Below are positions 63,301 to 64,000 of a stretch of DNA of 64,000 bases, one piece after another. A program made the translations under genes and the position numbers. The notes under the pieces are model-generated. The model saw only the letters and a program-made list of their open reading frames with translations. It was not told where the DNA came from and ran no database searches. How positions within the stretch are numbered: the stretch's first letter is position 1; every line of letters starts with the position of its first letter. The stretch covers positions 19,182,044-19,246,043 of the forward strand of contig JARFYF010000050.1 in the NCBI GenBank assembly GCA_030265395.1. The letters are read 5' to 3'. The stretch comes from Rhina ancylostomus. Lineage: Eukaryota.

Positions 63301-64000
63301 TGGTCATAATATTAATTGCATTAAAAGAAACAATATGCAGCTAATTTCTTTTCCATGTGTTTTATCCAGTTCTCTTTAGTAAACATGCCCATTACAAATG
63401 TTTGAAATCTCGACTTAAGGTGATAAAGTGCTTATCAGGCAAATGCCTTCCATTTAGTAAATTGCAGTTGCATTGAATTTTTATAAGTTAGGCATTAATA
63501 TTTGCATAATTGCTTGCTGTGAATAAGGGTCCAAAACTTCTGATCTTTAAAATTCATGTCTAACAAATCCCCGTGTGTTAGCTCAGCTGAGAGAATCATA
63601 TAATTACCTAATGTAAAGAATTGTATTATATATTTTACTGTATTATTATGTTAGCACATTGGAAGCTTTTATGCATAATTTGAATGCCTTTAAAATAGTT
63701 AACTGTACTGAAATATTAAAGTTTTAAAAAAATTACATTTCTTTTGAGCTGCTTTTGAAAGCTTTTAACCAGCAACTGAACCAACTTCAATTGCTGGGGT
63801 CGGCTTATTTTATTAAATTTTGCCATTAGCAACTCCAGAATGATCTGAGGAAATGTGATGACAATTAATGAGGTGACAGCTCAGGAGACATATATGGTGC
63901 ATTGAAGTAAATGAGGCTTGTTTCAATCTTAAAGCAGTGAGGAAAAGAGGAATGGGATGCAGAAAAAGTGGCAAAGCTGGGCAGGAGAGCAATGTTACTT

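Overview
This is AT-rich, CpG-depleted vertebrate genomic DNA from a draft assembly with nine N-gaps. The repeat content points to a cartilaginous fish, probably a batoid (inference). It includes CR1 LINE fragments, V-domain and Deu-domain tRNA SINEs, and L2, Rex1/Babar, Tx1 and Penelope-like remnants. I recognise no intact host protein-coding exon, RNA gene or CRISPR array. The window reads as a large intron or gene desert, with decayed retroelements separated by repeat-free blocks rich in homeodomain motifs that may be conserved non-coding elements. The most interesting observations are: (1) a ~1.2 kb purine-rich decayed reading frame at ~34.08-35.29 kb that matches no transposon I recognise and has the motif spacing of a negative-strand RNA virus nucleoprotein (candidate endogenous viral element, unverified); (2) Penelope-derived termini carrying minimal type-I hammerhead ribozyme folds in various states of decay; (3) a V-SINE with a Rex1-like rather than CR1-like tail; (4) a 32-bp palindrome, a local 158-bp duplication and a Harbinger-like transposase relic. 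Repeat boundaries are approximate and family assignments were made by eye, without database searches.
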